Assembly (NCBI GenBank): GCA_013140805.1
Contig: JABFRW010000052.1
Span: 371-64,370 of the forward strand
Source of the DNA: Candidatus Eiseniibacteriota bacterium
GTDB taxonomy: Bacteria > Eisenbacteria > RBG-16-71-46
Length of the DNA: 64,000 nt
Reading direction: 5' to 3'
Within the stretch, counting starts at the first letter, position 1. Each line of letters opens with the position of its first letter. A program made the translations under genes and the position numbers. The notes under the pieces are model-generated. The model was given only the letters and a program-made list of their open reading frames with translations, was not told where the DNA came from and did not search any database. This document shows, piece by piece, positions 38,574-47,882 of the stretch.

Positions 38574-38589
38574 TGCTCACTTGTGCAGG
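38574..38589. promoter_or_regulatory. LexA-box-like palindrome CTGCTC-ACTT-GTGCAG, 53-68 nt upstream of the SPL-like radical SAM gene
   Basis: Exact match to TGCNC-N4-GTGCA. Confidence 0.55.
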
Positions 38590-38641
38590 CGCGACGGAGC
38601 CGCGATAATGGCGGCCGGTGCCGGGCCAGGAGGGCAGAAGC

Positions 38642-39538
38642 ATGCAGATCGAGTATCGAGAAGAGCCGTGCCGCAGTGCGCTCAATCGAGTCGTCGGCAT
38701 GGGATTCGAGTGGTCGCTCAATCCCTACATGGGCTGCGCGCATCGATGCGCGTTCTGCTATGTGCGGCAGTTCGAGCGCCGCGCCGAGCGACCGAGCGGC
38801 GAGACCTACGGGCTCTCGATTCGCGTCAAGACCAACATCGCGCAGGTGCTCCGAACTGAACTCGCGCGACCCTCATGGAAACGCGAGCAGGTGGCGATCG
38901 GAGCCGCGACCGATCCCTACCAACCGATCGAGGGACAGTATCGGCTCACCCGTGCGTGCCTGATCGAGCTGTCGCGTGCACGGACTCCATTCGGGATCAT
39001 CACGCGCGGACCGCTGATCGTGCGAGATCTCGACGTGCTCACCGAGGCGGCGAAGCGCGTGAAGGTGGGCGTCAGCATCTCGATTCCTACGCTCGACGAG
39101 GCGGTGTGCCGCACGCTGGAACCCGGCGCACCACCGCCGCGTGCGAGGCTCGAAGCCGTGCGGCGACTGGTCGACGCGGGCATTCGCGCCGGCATCGGAA
39201 TGGCGCCGATTCTTCCGGGCCTATCGGACGCGCCGGAGCAACTCGCGGCCGTCGTGCGCGCCGCGCGCGAAGTGGGCGCGGTCTCGCTGTGGGCCGGCGT
39301 CGTGTACCTGAAAGACGCACCACGCGAGCACTTTCTCGACGCGCTCCGGCGCGAGTGGCCGGAGCAGCTGGCGTACTACGAGAAACTGTTCGCGAGTCGC
39401 TCGTATCTACCCAGGCGGCTCACCGCACCGATCGTCGAGAAGGTGCGAGAGCTCAAGCTGCTGCACGACATCGCAGACCGGCGCACCCTGCGGCTGGAGC
39501 CAGCACCCGAGCCGGGGCAGTTGCTGCTGGGGGTGTGA
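38642..39538 (+). CDS. Radical-SAM DNA-repair enzyme of the spore-photoproduct-lyase-like (SplB / 'DNA repair photolyase', COG1533) family
   Basis: 'CAHRCAFCY' CxxxCxxC motif; AGGAGG-N7-ATG start. Confidence 0.8.
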   Translation: MQIEYREEPCRSALNRVVGMGFEWSLNPYMGCAHRCAFCYVRQFERRAERPSGETYGLSIRVKTNIAQVLRTELARPSWKREQVAIGAATDPYQPIEGQYRLTRACLIELSRARTPFGIITRGPLIVRDLDVLTEAAKRVKVGVSISIPTLDEAVCRTLEPGAPPPRARLEAVRRLVDAGIRAGIGMAPILPGLSDAPEQLAAVVRAAREVGAVSLWAGVVYLKDAPREHFLDALRREWPEQLAYYEKLFASRSYLPRRLTAPIVEKVRELKLLHDIADRRTLRLEPAPEPGQLLLGV

Positions 39539-39546
39539 AGTTGGGA

Positions 39547-40208
39547 TTACCGCAGCGAGAATTTGATCGGAATCGTCACCCACACCGCCACCGGTTCGCC
39601 GTTCGTCATCCCGGGCGTGAATCGCCACTGTCGAACGCAATCGACTGCGGCATCGTCGAGCATCGGGATCGACCTGACGACGCGCGTCTCCGCAACGGAG
39701 CCATCTCGAAACACGAGCGCCTGGACCAATAGGGTGCCCTCGACGCCGGCGGTTCTCGCTTTCTGCGGAAGAATCGCGGGACTCGTGAAATTGCTTCGGG
39801 CAACTCGTCGACTTGAACGTACTCGCCGAATTTGGGCGGGCCGTTCGATTCGGGGGCGCGAAGTCGTTGCCAGGTCACCCGAGTCGGGTCGATCGCGCTG
39901 CGATCGAACTCGACGGACACCGATGGGGCATCATCGCTCTGGAAACCGACGAGGTGCCGGCCGGTGAGACCAACGAGATTTGGTCGCGAGTCCCGCTCAT
40001 ATCGAAAGACTCCGCGATAGGCGGAGCCCGCTAGGATCCCAATGCCCTGCCAGCCCTCGCTCGATCGCAGGTGAGATCCGACCCGATCCGAATCGAGCGG
40101 ACGGACCTCGCTGGAACCGGAGCCCTCCGCGGCACTCAGCGAAAGGGGCGGCGTGAGAATTCCTGCGGCCGCGCAGGCGAGCGAGAGTGCGATCAGTCGA
40201 ACGGACAT
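39547..40208 (-). pseudogene. Secreted TonB C-terminal-domain protein interrupted by a frameshift near 39745-39750
   Basis: N-terminal part in the ORF 39606-40274 frame (starts MSVRLIALSLAC, strong GAGGAGG SD). TonB-C motif 'AGVEGTLLVQALVFRDGSVAETRVV...WRFTPGMTNGEPVAVWVTIPIKF' continues in another frame (ORF 39547-39729). Confidence 0.6.
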
Positions 40209-40294
40209 GCGTTCCTCCTCGAGCAGGTGGGTTCCACTCAGCAGGCTAGCACCCGATGGTGCCACGCCCCCCACTTGGCTATCCTCCGGCCCGC

Positions 40295-41089
40295 ATGAAC
40301 CGCTCCCACAAGCTGCTCACCGGCACGGTCGCGGCGCGCATTCCGTACGCGAACGCCGCACCGTTCTATGCGCTGTGGAACGACGCGCCCTTCGCGGTGC
40401 GCAATCTGGTTCCGCGCGATCTGGGGCGGGAGGCCGAAGCGGGTGGCGTGGACCTGGGCCTGATGGCATCGGGCGATTACCTGCGCTTGAAGGATCGCTT
40501 CGAGATCGTGGGCCCATTCGGCGTCGCGGCGCGCGGGCCGGTGCTGTCGGTGCTGCTCTACTCGCGGCGTCCGGCGGCCGCACTCGGTGACGCGCTCATC
40601 TCGGTGACGCCCGAGACCTCGACCTCGATCCGGCTACTGCGCCTGCTGCTCGACGTGCGGCGCGGGCTGACCGGCATCCGCTACGTGCGCGGCCTCGAGC
40701 CGCGGCAGGCGGCCGCACTGCTCATGATCGGCGATCGCGCGATGCGCATGCGCGATCAGCGCCCTGAGGGCTTCACGCACACGCTCGATCTGGGCGCCGA
40801 CTGGCTCGAGTGGACGAATCTCTCGTTCGTCTACGCGGTGTGGGTGATCCGCCGAGCACTCGATCCCGAAGTGAAACGCGAGTTGACGGAGTTCCTCGAG
40901 TCGTCGCTGGCCGCCGGCCTTGCGAACCTGCCCGAGATCGCGCGCCAGCAGATCGAGCCGGGCTGGAGCGCCGAGGAGACCGAAGCGTATCTGCGTCGCT
41001 TCCACTATCGCCTCGGCCCCGAGGACCTGGCGGGTCTGGATCGATTCGAAGCGCTGCTGCATCAGCACGGCCTGCGCGAAGTCGACTGA
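40295..41089 (+). CDS. mqnA: Chorismate dehydratase MqnA (futalosine pathway; PF02621)
   Basis: 'ARIPYANAAPFYAL' N-terminal motif. Confidence 0.85.
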   Translation: MNRSHKLLTGTVAARIPYANAAPFYALWNDAPFAVRNLVPRDLGREAEAGGVDLGLMASGDYLRLKDRFEIVGPFGVAARGPVLSVLLYSRRPAAALGDALISVTPETSTSIRLLRLLLDVRRGLTGIRYVRGLEPRQAAALLMIGDRAMRMRDQRPEGFTHTLDLGADWLEWTNLSFVYAVWVIRRALDPEVKRELTEFLESSLAAGLANLPEIARQQIEPGWSAEETEAYLRRFHYRLGPEDLAGLDRFEALLHQHGLREVD

Positions 41090-41122
41090 GTGCTCGCGGC
41101 CGCCCCGCACGAAAGGAACTCC

Positions 41123-41686
41123 ATGAGCACGCCTCTTCGCATCGTCGCGCTGGCCGGCAGTCTGCGCCGCGCATCGCTCAATCGCGGTGTTGCGCGCGCG
41201 GCGGTCGAACTGGCGCCGCCCGGCACCGTGGTCGAAGCCGCCTACATCGACGACATCCCGCTCTACAACGGTGACCTCGACGGGGCCACCCAGCCGCCGG
41301 GAGTCGCCGCGCTCAAGGCGAAGCTCGCGGCGGCCGACGCGGTTCTGATCGTGACCCCCGAGTACAACTATTCGGTGCCCGGAGTGCTGAAGAACACCCT
41401 CGACTGGCTGTCGCGGGGCACCCAGAAGCCGCTCAAGGGCAAACCCGTGGCGATCGTCGGCGCTTCGCCTGGCTACTTCGGTACCGTGAGGAGCCAGACG
41501 CACTTGCGGTGGGTGCTCGACGTGCTCCAGGCGCGCAACATGCCGCAACCCGAGATGATCGTTCCGCTTGCCGACAAGAAAGCCGACGCCGACGGCAACC
41601 TGACGGACGAGGAGACGCGTAATAAGCTGCGCGGGCTCCTGGAACGACTCGTCGAATGGGCGGCCCGCTTTCCCAAGGAGGACTGA
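41123..41686 (+). CDS. NAD(P)H-dependent FMN reductase family protein
   Basis: '[16 protein letters not shown]' flavodoxin-like start. Confidence 0.85.
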   Translation: MSTPLRIVALAGSLRRASLNRGVARAAVELAPPGTVVEAAYIDDIPLYNGDLDGATQPPGVAALKAKLAAADAVLIVTPEYNYSVPGVLKNTLDWLSRGTQKPLKGKPVAIVGASPGYFGTVRSQTHLRWVLDVLQARNMPQPEMIVPLADKKADADGNLTDEETRNKLRGLLERLVEWAARFPKED

Positions 41687-41687
41687 A

Positions 41688-42488
41688 GTGGCCCAGATGC
41701 ATGAGATCGAATACCAGATCGTCGGTGAGGATCTGCAGTTCGTGAAGATCGAGCTGGATCCGGGCGAGGCGGCGGTCGCCGAGGCCGGCATGATGATGTA
41801 CGTCGAAGACGACATTCAGATGGACACGATCTTTGGCGACGGCTCCCAGCAGAACAAGGGTTTCATGGGAGCACTCCTGGGCGCCGGCAAACGACTGCTG
41901 ACCGGCGAGGGGCTGTTCACGACCGTCTTCCACAACGAAGGCAAGCAGAAGCGCAAGGTCGCGTTCGCCGCGCCTTACGCGGGCCGCATCATGCCGATTC
42001 ACCTGTCGGAGATGGGCGGCGAGCTGCTCTGTCAGAAGGATTCGTTCCTGTGCGCCGCCAAGGGCGTGTCGCTCGGAATCGCGTTCAACAAGCGATTCGG
42101 CGCCGGCCTGTTCGGTGGCGAAGGCTTCATCATGCAGCGGCTGACCGGCGACGGGTGGGTGTTCGTGCACGCGGGCGGCATGCTCGAGGAGCGAGTGCTG
42201 GGCCCCGGCGAGACGCTGCGCGTCGATACCGGCTGCCTGGTCGCGCTGGTGCCGTCGGTGACGTACGACATCCAGCTGGTTGGCGGCCTGAAGACGGCAC
42301 TGTTCGGTGGTGAGGGATTGTTCTTCGCCACGCTGCGAGGCCCGGGCAAGATCTGGCTCCAGTCGCTGCCATTCAGCCGGCTCGCCAGCCGCATCTACGC
42401 GGCCGCTCCTCAAGCCGGCGGCCGGCGTCGCGAAGAGGGCTCGCTGCTCGGTGGGCTCGGCAATCTGCTGGATGGCGACGGGCGGTAG
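41688..42488 (+). CDS. AIM24/DUF124 (TIGR00266) family protein
   Basis: Conserved '[13 protein letters not shown]...[11 protein letters not shown]' pattern. Confidence 0.8.
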   Translation: MAQMHEIEYQIVGEDLQFVKIELDPGEAAVAEAGMMMYVEDDIQMDTIFGDGSQQNKGFMGALLGAGKRLLTGEGLFTTVFHNEGKQKRKVAFAAPYAGRIMPIHLSEMGGELLCQKDSFLCAAKGVSLGIAFNKRFGAGLFGGEGFIMQRLTGDGWVFVHAGGMLEERVLGPGETLRVDTGCLVALVPSVTYDIQLVGGLKTALFGGEGLFFATLRGPGKIWLQSLPFSRLASRIYAAAPQAGGRRREEGSLLGGLGNLLDGDGR

Positions 42489-42652
42489 CGCCTCGCGTCC
42501 AGGCGGGCCAGCGACGGCCCGCGATCGATCTGCGCGGCTCCGCGCCCGTCGGGTGCGGGGCCGCGTCTGTCTACGCGAACCAGCGTGGCCTGCGCGGCTT
42601 TCGTAGCCTGCAAGCCTCTTCCCACCCCAGAGACTCGAACCCCGAGGAGCAC

Positions 42653-44692
42653 ATGAGACTTCGAATCACCGCGCTGGCCGCGCTCGCGCTCTGCGCGCTC
42701 GCGAACACCGCGCTGGCCCAGTCGAGCGGCATTCAGCTCGGCCAGATCGACAAGACCTGCCAGCCGTGTCGCGACTTCTATCAGTACGCAAACGGTGCGT
42801 GGACCGACACCGTGAGCATTCCCGCCATGTACAGCTCGATCGGCGTGGGCCGCGAGATGTTCGACCGCAACCAGGACATGTTGCACTCGGTGCTGATCTC
42901 GGCCGCGCAGAACATCTCGGGCGAGAGCAACGAGACGCTGGTCAAGGTCGGTGCGCTCTATGCGACGCTGATGGATTCCGCGCGCGCCGAGCGTGACGGC
43001 GTGACTCCGATCCAGCCGTACCTCGATCGCATCAACGCGATCCAGAGCCGCAAGGTGCTGCTGTCGGAGCTCGCGGACATGCACAAGCTCGGACTCCTGG
43101 TGCCGTTCTACTTCGGCGCTCAGGCGGATGCCAAGCAGAGCCAGTGGATGCTCGGCACGTTCTACCAGGGCGGGCTCGGGCTGCCGGAACGCGACTACTA
43201 CATGAAGACGGACACGGCGAGCGTCTCGCTGCGCAAGGCCTACGTCGCGCACGTGGCGAAGACATTTCAGCTCGCCGGCATGGCCGCGGACGCGGCGGTC
43301 AGAGACGCCGAGCGGGTGATGGCGTTCGAGATGGCGCTCGCGAAGGCGTCGCGGCCGAATGTCGAGCTTCGCGACCCCGACAAGAACTACAACAAGATCA
43401 CGGTTCGCGAACTGCAGAAGCAGGTACCGGCGATCGCGTGGGCCGACTACTTCGCTTCGCTCGGCGTCGCAACGCTGGCGTCGCCGGATTCGTTCGTCAA
43501 CGTGGCGCAGCCCGACTTCATGAAGGAAGTCAGCCGGCAGGTCGCCTCGACCCCGCTCGAATCGTGGCGAGCCTATCTTCGCTATCACGCGATCGACAAC
43601 AGCGCGGGCTGGCTGAGCCAGGAGTTCTTCGACGAGAACTTCACGTTCAACGCGCGGCTGACCGGCGCGCGCGCTCCGCTGCCGCGCTGGAAGCGCGCGG
43701 CCGACGCAGTGGACGGTGCTCTCGGTGAAGCGCTCGGGCGTGCGTGGGTCGAGAAGAACTTCACGCCGGCCGCCAAGGCGCGAATGCTCGAGCTGGTCGA
43801 CAATCTTCAGCGTGCCTACCAGAAGCGCATCGAGTCGCTGGCCTGGATGAGCGACGCGACCAAGAAGCAGGCGCTGGTCAAGCTCTCGACCTTCACGCGC
43901 AAGATCGGATACCCGGACCGGTGGCGCGATTACTCGGCGATCAAGATCCAGGCCGGGCAGCCGGCGATTCTGAACCTGGTCGAGTCCAATCGTTTCGAGC
44001 GAGCGCGCGATCTGGCGAAGATCGGCAAGGCGGTGGATCGCAATGAGTGGTTCCTGTCGCCGCCGACCGTGAACGCCTACTACAACCCGCCGAACAACGA
44101 GATCGTGTTTCCGGCCGGAATCCTGCAGCCGCCGATGTTCGATCTGAACGCCGATGACGCGGCGAACTATGGCGCGATCGGCATGGTGATCGGGCACGAG
44201 CTGACGCACGGCTTCGACGACGAGGGCAGCAAGTACGACGCCGAGGGAAATCTGAAGAACTGGTGGACCGAGGGCGACCGCAAGGCGTTCGAGGAGCTGG
44301 CGGGCCGCATCGACCAGCAGTACTCGGGCTATGTCGCGGTCGACACGCTCAAGGTGAACGGCAAGCTGACGCTGGGCGAAAACATTGCGGATCTCGGCGG
44401 GCTCACGATGGCCTACTACGCCTATCAGGCGAGCCTCGAGGGCAAGCCGCGTCTCGCGAATCTCGACGGCTTCACGCCCGAGCAGCGTTTCTTCCTCGGC
44501 TTCGCGCAGTCGTGGCGGCGCAAGATGCGGCCCGAGCGGCTGAAGCTCATGGTCAACACGGATCCGCACTCGCCGGCCAACTGGCGCGTGAACGGGCCGA
44601 TCGCCAACATGCCGGAGTTCGCGAAAGCGTTCGGTTGCAAAGCCGGTGACGCCATGGTCCATCCGCCCGAGAAGGCCGCGGTGATCTGGTAG
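42653..44692 (+). CDS. M13-family zinc metallo-endopeptidase (PepO/neprilysin-like), secreted
   Basis: 'VIGHELTHGFDDEG' HExxH; signal peptide. Confidence 0.9.
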   Translation: MRLRITALAALALCALANTALAQSSGIQLGQIDKTCQPCRDFYQYANGAWTDTVSIPAMYSSIGVGREMFDRNQDMLHSVLISAAQNISGESNETLVKVGALYATLMDSARAERDGVTPIQPYLDRINAIQSRKVLLSELADMHKLGLLVPFYFGAQADAKQSQWMLGTFYQGGLGLPERDYYMKTDTASVSLRKAYVAHVAKTFQLAGMAADAAVRDAERVMAFEMALAKASRPNVELRDPDKNYNKITVRELQKQVPAIAWADYFASLGVATLASPDSFVNVAQPDFMKEVSRQVASTPLESWRAYLRYHAIDNSAGWLSQEFFDENFTFNARLTGARAPLPRWKRAADAVDGALGEALGRAWVEKNFTPAAKARMLELVDNLQRAYQKRIESLAWMSDATKKQALVKLSTFTRKIGYPDRWRDYSAIKIQAGQPAILNLVESNRFERARDLAKIGKAVDRNEWFLSPPTVNAYYNPPNNEIVFPAGILQPPMFDLNADDAANYGAIGMVIGHELTHGFDDEGSKYDAEGNLKNWWTEGDRKAFEELAGRIDQQYSGYVAVDTLKVNGKLTLGENIADLGGLTMAYYAYQASLEGKPRLANLDGFTPEQRFFLGFAQSWRRKMRPERLKLMVNTDPHSPANWRVNGPIANMPEFAKAFGCKAGDAMVHPPEKAAVIW

Positions 44693-44738
44693 TCGGGGTA
44701 TCCGGCGAGCTTCACCGCCGCAGACTCTGCGTGTATCG

Positions 44739-44770
44739 TTGCGGCCCGCGTCTCACGGCGCGGGCCGCAA
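44739..44770 (+). terminator. Intrinsic terminator after the M13 peptidase gene (12-bp stem ttgcggcccgcg / cgcgggccgcaa, then tcgtttcg)
   Basis: Hairpin 47 bp after the stop, followed by a CCGTCCG x4 direct repeat. Confidence 0.6.
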
Positions 44771-44834
44771 TCGTTTCGTCCGCCGTCCGTCCGCCGTCCG
44801 TCGTGCGCCGCGCCAGGGGCAGGAGAGACTCGCC

Positions 44835-46055
44835 GTGTGGTCACGCATCGAATCCAAGCTGCTTGCGGGTGAACGGCTGATTACCGCCGAAGGCGTCTAT
44901 CTGCTCGCCGAAGCGCCGCTGCTCGAGATGGGTGCACTCGCGAACGAAATGCGGGCTCGCAAGACCGATCCGCGCGTCGTCACGTACGTGATCGATACCA
45001 ATCCGAACTACACCAACCTGTGCACGGTCGACTGCCACTTCTGCGCGTTCTACCGCAAGCCGGGCGCCAACGCCGCCGACGCCTACACGCACGACGTCGA
45101 GGGCGTGATGAAGATGATGGCGCAGGCGCGCAAGGTCGGCGCCACCACCGTGCTTCTTCAGGGCGGCCTCAACCCCGAGATCCCGTGGGAGTTCTACCCG
45201 ACCATCGTGCGCGAGGCGCGGGCGCGTTACCCAGAGATCACGCCGCACTTCTTCTCGGCTCCCGAGATCCACCAGATGATCGAGGTGTCGGGGCTCACCA
45301 TGCGCGGAGTGCTCGAGGCGCTCTACGAGGCGGGTCAGCGCACGCTGCCCGGCGGCGGAGCTGAAATCCTCGCCGACCGCGTGCGCAAACGCGTGTCGGT
45401 CAAGAAGGGCGGGCCCGAGGCGTGGCTCGAGGTCCATCGCACCGCGCACGCGGTCGGCATGCGCTCGACCGCCACCATGATGTACGGCCACGTCGAGACC
45501 CACGCCGAGATCATCGAACACCTCGACTACGTGCGTGCGCTCCAGGACGAGACCCGCGGCTTCACGGCGTTCGTGCCGTGGTCTTACAAGCGCGGCAACA
45601 CGCCGATGGAATCGAAGGTCAAGCACGTGGCCGGTGCCGGCGCCTACCTGCGGGTGCTGGCCGCAGCGCGGCTCTACCTGGACAACTTCGATCACATTCA
45701 GGCGTCGTGGTTCAGCGAGGGCAAGAAGACCGGCCAGATCGCGCTGCACTTCGGCGCCGACGACTTCGGCGGCACGCTGTTCGAAGAGAACGTGCACCTG
45801 GCGACCGGCTGGTCGAACAAGACCACGCTGGCCGAGATCGAAGCACTGATCCGCGAATCGGGCTTCGCCCCGGCGCAGCGCACCACGCTCTACGAGATCC
45901 TGCGAGTCGGCGAGGGCCCCGAGGCGCTCGCGAACCTGTCGGCCGACGTGCCGCTGTTCGTCGAGGCCCTGCGCGAAATGCCGGCCGAGTACCCGGTGCA
46001 ACTCGAGGGCGAAGAGCCCGTCGCGCCCGGGCCGCCGCTGATCATGCCGCGCTAG
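44835..46055 (+). CDS. Radical-SAM MqnC/MqnE-family enzyme (second paralog)
   Basis: 'CTVDCHFCAFY' motif; GTG start preceded by aggagag. Confidence 0.9.
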   Translation: MWSRIESKLLAGERLITAEGVYLLAEAPLLEMGALANEMRARKTDPRVVTYVIDTNPNYTNLCTVDCHFCAFYRKPGANAADAYTHDVEGVMKMMAQARKVGATTVLLQGGLNPEIPWEFYPTIVREARARYPEITPHFFSAPEIHQMIEVSGLTMRGVLEALYEAGQRTLPGGGAEILADRVRKRVSVKKGGPEAWLEVHRTAHAVGMRSTATMMYGHVETHAEIIEHLDYVRALQDETRGFTAFVPWSYKRGNTPMESKVKHVAGAGAYLRVLAAARLYLDNFDHIQASWFSEGKKTGQIALHFGADDFGGTLFEENVHLATGWSNKTTLAEIEALIRESGFAPAQRTTLYEILRVGEGPEALANLSADVPLFVEALREMPAEYPVQLEGEEPVAPGPPLIMPR

Positions 46056-46058
46056 CGA

Positions 46059-47594
46059 GTGGTCCCGCGCGCGCAGACATCACCGGATCGAACGCCGCCG
46101 ATCGACCCCGAGGAGCCGCTCGGTCCGACGCGCCACTTCAAGCCGGTTCCGATCCTGCTCTCGGTGCTCGCCGCATTCATCGTGGCGCAGCTGCGGATTC
46201 CCCACCTCGGCCCCGCGGCGCACGACACCCTCACGATCCTCACGCTCGCGATCGGGCTGTGGTTCACCGAAGCGGTGCCGATCGTGGTGCCGGCGTTGCT
46301 GATCCCGATTCTCGCCACGATGATGGGCGTCACCACGGTTCGTGGCGCGTTCTCGGGCTTCGGCGATCCGATCGTCTACATGTTCCTCGGCACCTTCCTG
46401 CTCACCGAGTCGGCGGCGCGTCACGGGCTCAACGCGCGACTCGCGGCCACGGTGATGAACGCACACTGGGTGCGCGGCAATCCGAAGCATCTGATCTGGG
46501 CACTGGCGCTGCTCGGCTGTGCGATCTCGGCGTTCGTGAACAACACCGCCACCACCGCCATGATCCTGCCGCTGGCACTCACCGCCGAGCGCACGCATCA
46601 TCGCGGGCTGCTGGTCGGCGCGCTGCTCATGGCTGCGTATGCGCCGTCGCTCGGCGGGTTCGCGACGCCGGTCGGCACCGCACCGAACCTGATCGGACTC
46701 GGATTGCTCGAAGCGGCGACCGGAGTGCGACCCTCGTTCGGGCGTTGGATGCTGGTGTTCGCGCCGCTCGCGATCCTGTTCACGATCGGCAGCGCCGCGT
46801 GGCTCCGGTGGCGCGCCGGCTCGGTGGCGCCGGTCGAGCTCACGCGCGACACAGCGATCCCCGCGCCGAGCATCGCCCGCCCGTGGTCGCTGGCCGAGCG
46901 GCTCCTCGTGCCGGTCTTCGGCGTGGTCGTGCTCCTGTGGATCGGTCCCGGCCTGCTTCAGAGCATGCCGGCGCTGGCGAACGCGCCGTTTCTCGAGCTG
47001 CTGCGCAAGCGCCTGCCCGAGACGGTCGTCCCTCTGTTCGGCGGTCTCCTGCTGTTCCTGTTGCCGAGCGGCGGACCCGGCGCGGGCGGGCGGCGCGGAT
47101 GGCGCAACGGCGAGCGCATTCTGGATGTGTCGGTGTTTCGCCGCCTCGAATGGAGCACGCTGCTGCTGTTCGGTGGTGGTCTGTCGCTCGGTGTCATGAT
47201 GTTCGACACCGGTCTCGCTCATTGGATCGGCGGCGGTCTCGCGAATCTGCTGCGCCTCGAGGGGACACCGCTCGCTGGCACCTTCGGTGTGGTGCTGGTC
47301 TCGACGCTGCTCGGAGTGCTGGTGAGCGAGATCACCAGCAACACCGCGAGTGCTTCCCTGGTGGTGCCGGTCGCGATCGCGCTCGCGCAGGTGGCGGGAG
47401 TGGATCCGGTCAAGCCGGCGCTGGCGGCAACGGTCGCATGTTCGTTCGGATTCATGCTGCCGGTTTCGACGCCGCCGAATGCCCTGGTCTACTCGACCGG
47501 GCGGCTGCGGGTCCGCGAGATGATCGCGAACGGAGCGCTCCTCGACCTGGCGGGCATTGCAGTGGTGTCGGTGTGGGTGACGCTTTTCGCCTGA
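46059..47594 (+). CDS. DASS/SLC13-family anion:sodium symporter
   Basis: Multi-TM permease with duplicated 'SNTA/TPPN' reentrant-loop motifs. Confidence 0.85.
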   Translation: MVPRAQTSPDRTPPIDPEEPLGPTRHFKPVPILLSVLAAFIVAQLRIPHLGPAAHDTLTILTLAIGLWFTEAVPIVVPALLIPILATMMGVTTVRGAFSGFGDPIVYMFLGTFLLTESAARHGLNARLAATVMNAHWVRGNPKHLIWALALLGCAISAFVNNTATTAMILPLALTAERTHHRGLLVGALLMAAYAPSLGGFATPVGTAPNLIGLGLLEAATGVRPSFGRWMLVFAPLAILFTIGSAAWLRWRAGSVAPVELTRDTAIPAPSIARPWSLAERLLVPVFGVVVLLWIGPGLLQSMPALANAPFLELLRKRLPETVVPLFGGLLLFLLPSGGPGAGGRRGWRNGERILDVSVFRRLEWSTLLLFGGGLSLGVMMFDTGLAHWIGGGLANLLRLEGTPLAGTFGVVLVSTLLGVLVSEITSNTASASLVVPVAIALAQVAGVDPVKPALAATVACSFGFMLPVSTPPNALVYSTGRLRVREMIANGALLDLAGIAVVSVWVTLFA

Positions 47595-47687
47595 TCCGGC
47601 GCCGCCTCAACGCCACACAAACCAGGCCGCCGGGCTAACTCGCGATGGCTCGCGACGCTGCCGCCTCGGAGGCCCCAACCCATTGAG

Positions 47688-47703
47688 TGGCTTGCACCTT
47701 GCA
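47688..47703 (+). promoter_or_regulatory. Sigma-54-like promoter candidate TGGCttgcaccTTGCA (GG-N10-GC spacing) ~180 bp upstream of the paralog operon
   Basis: -12 element TTGCA exact, -24 element TGGCTT 4/6, correct spacing. Confidence 0.25.
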
Positions 47704-47882
47704 AGTCCCAGGGTAGGAATCGTGCATTCCAGCCAGGCCGAACGGGGATTCGAGGGCGTGCGCGAAGAATCTCGAGTGCGCGCTTGGGGACTCGCGCATC
47801 TGCGTCCTACCATGTTCGACCCTTGCACCCCGCCGTCCGAGCGCCGCGCACACCACATCGAGAGTTCAGGGAGGTATTCCCG

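Noticed and set aside
42410-44662. 750-aa minus-strand ORF
   Set aside because: Antisense to the M13 peptidase gene with a clear HExxH signature.
45422-47638. 738-aa plus-strand ORF
   Set aside because: Out-of-frame overlap of the MqnC/E radical SAM and DASS transporter genes; Arg/Gly-rich with no domain.
47640-47760. Possible tRNA-like or T-arm-like sequence (ggggattcgagggcg) in the leader of the paralog operon
   Set aside because: No full cloverleaf can be drawn (no acceptor stem/CCA context, T-loop consensus GTTCGANTC not met).
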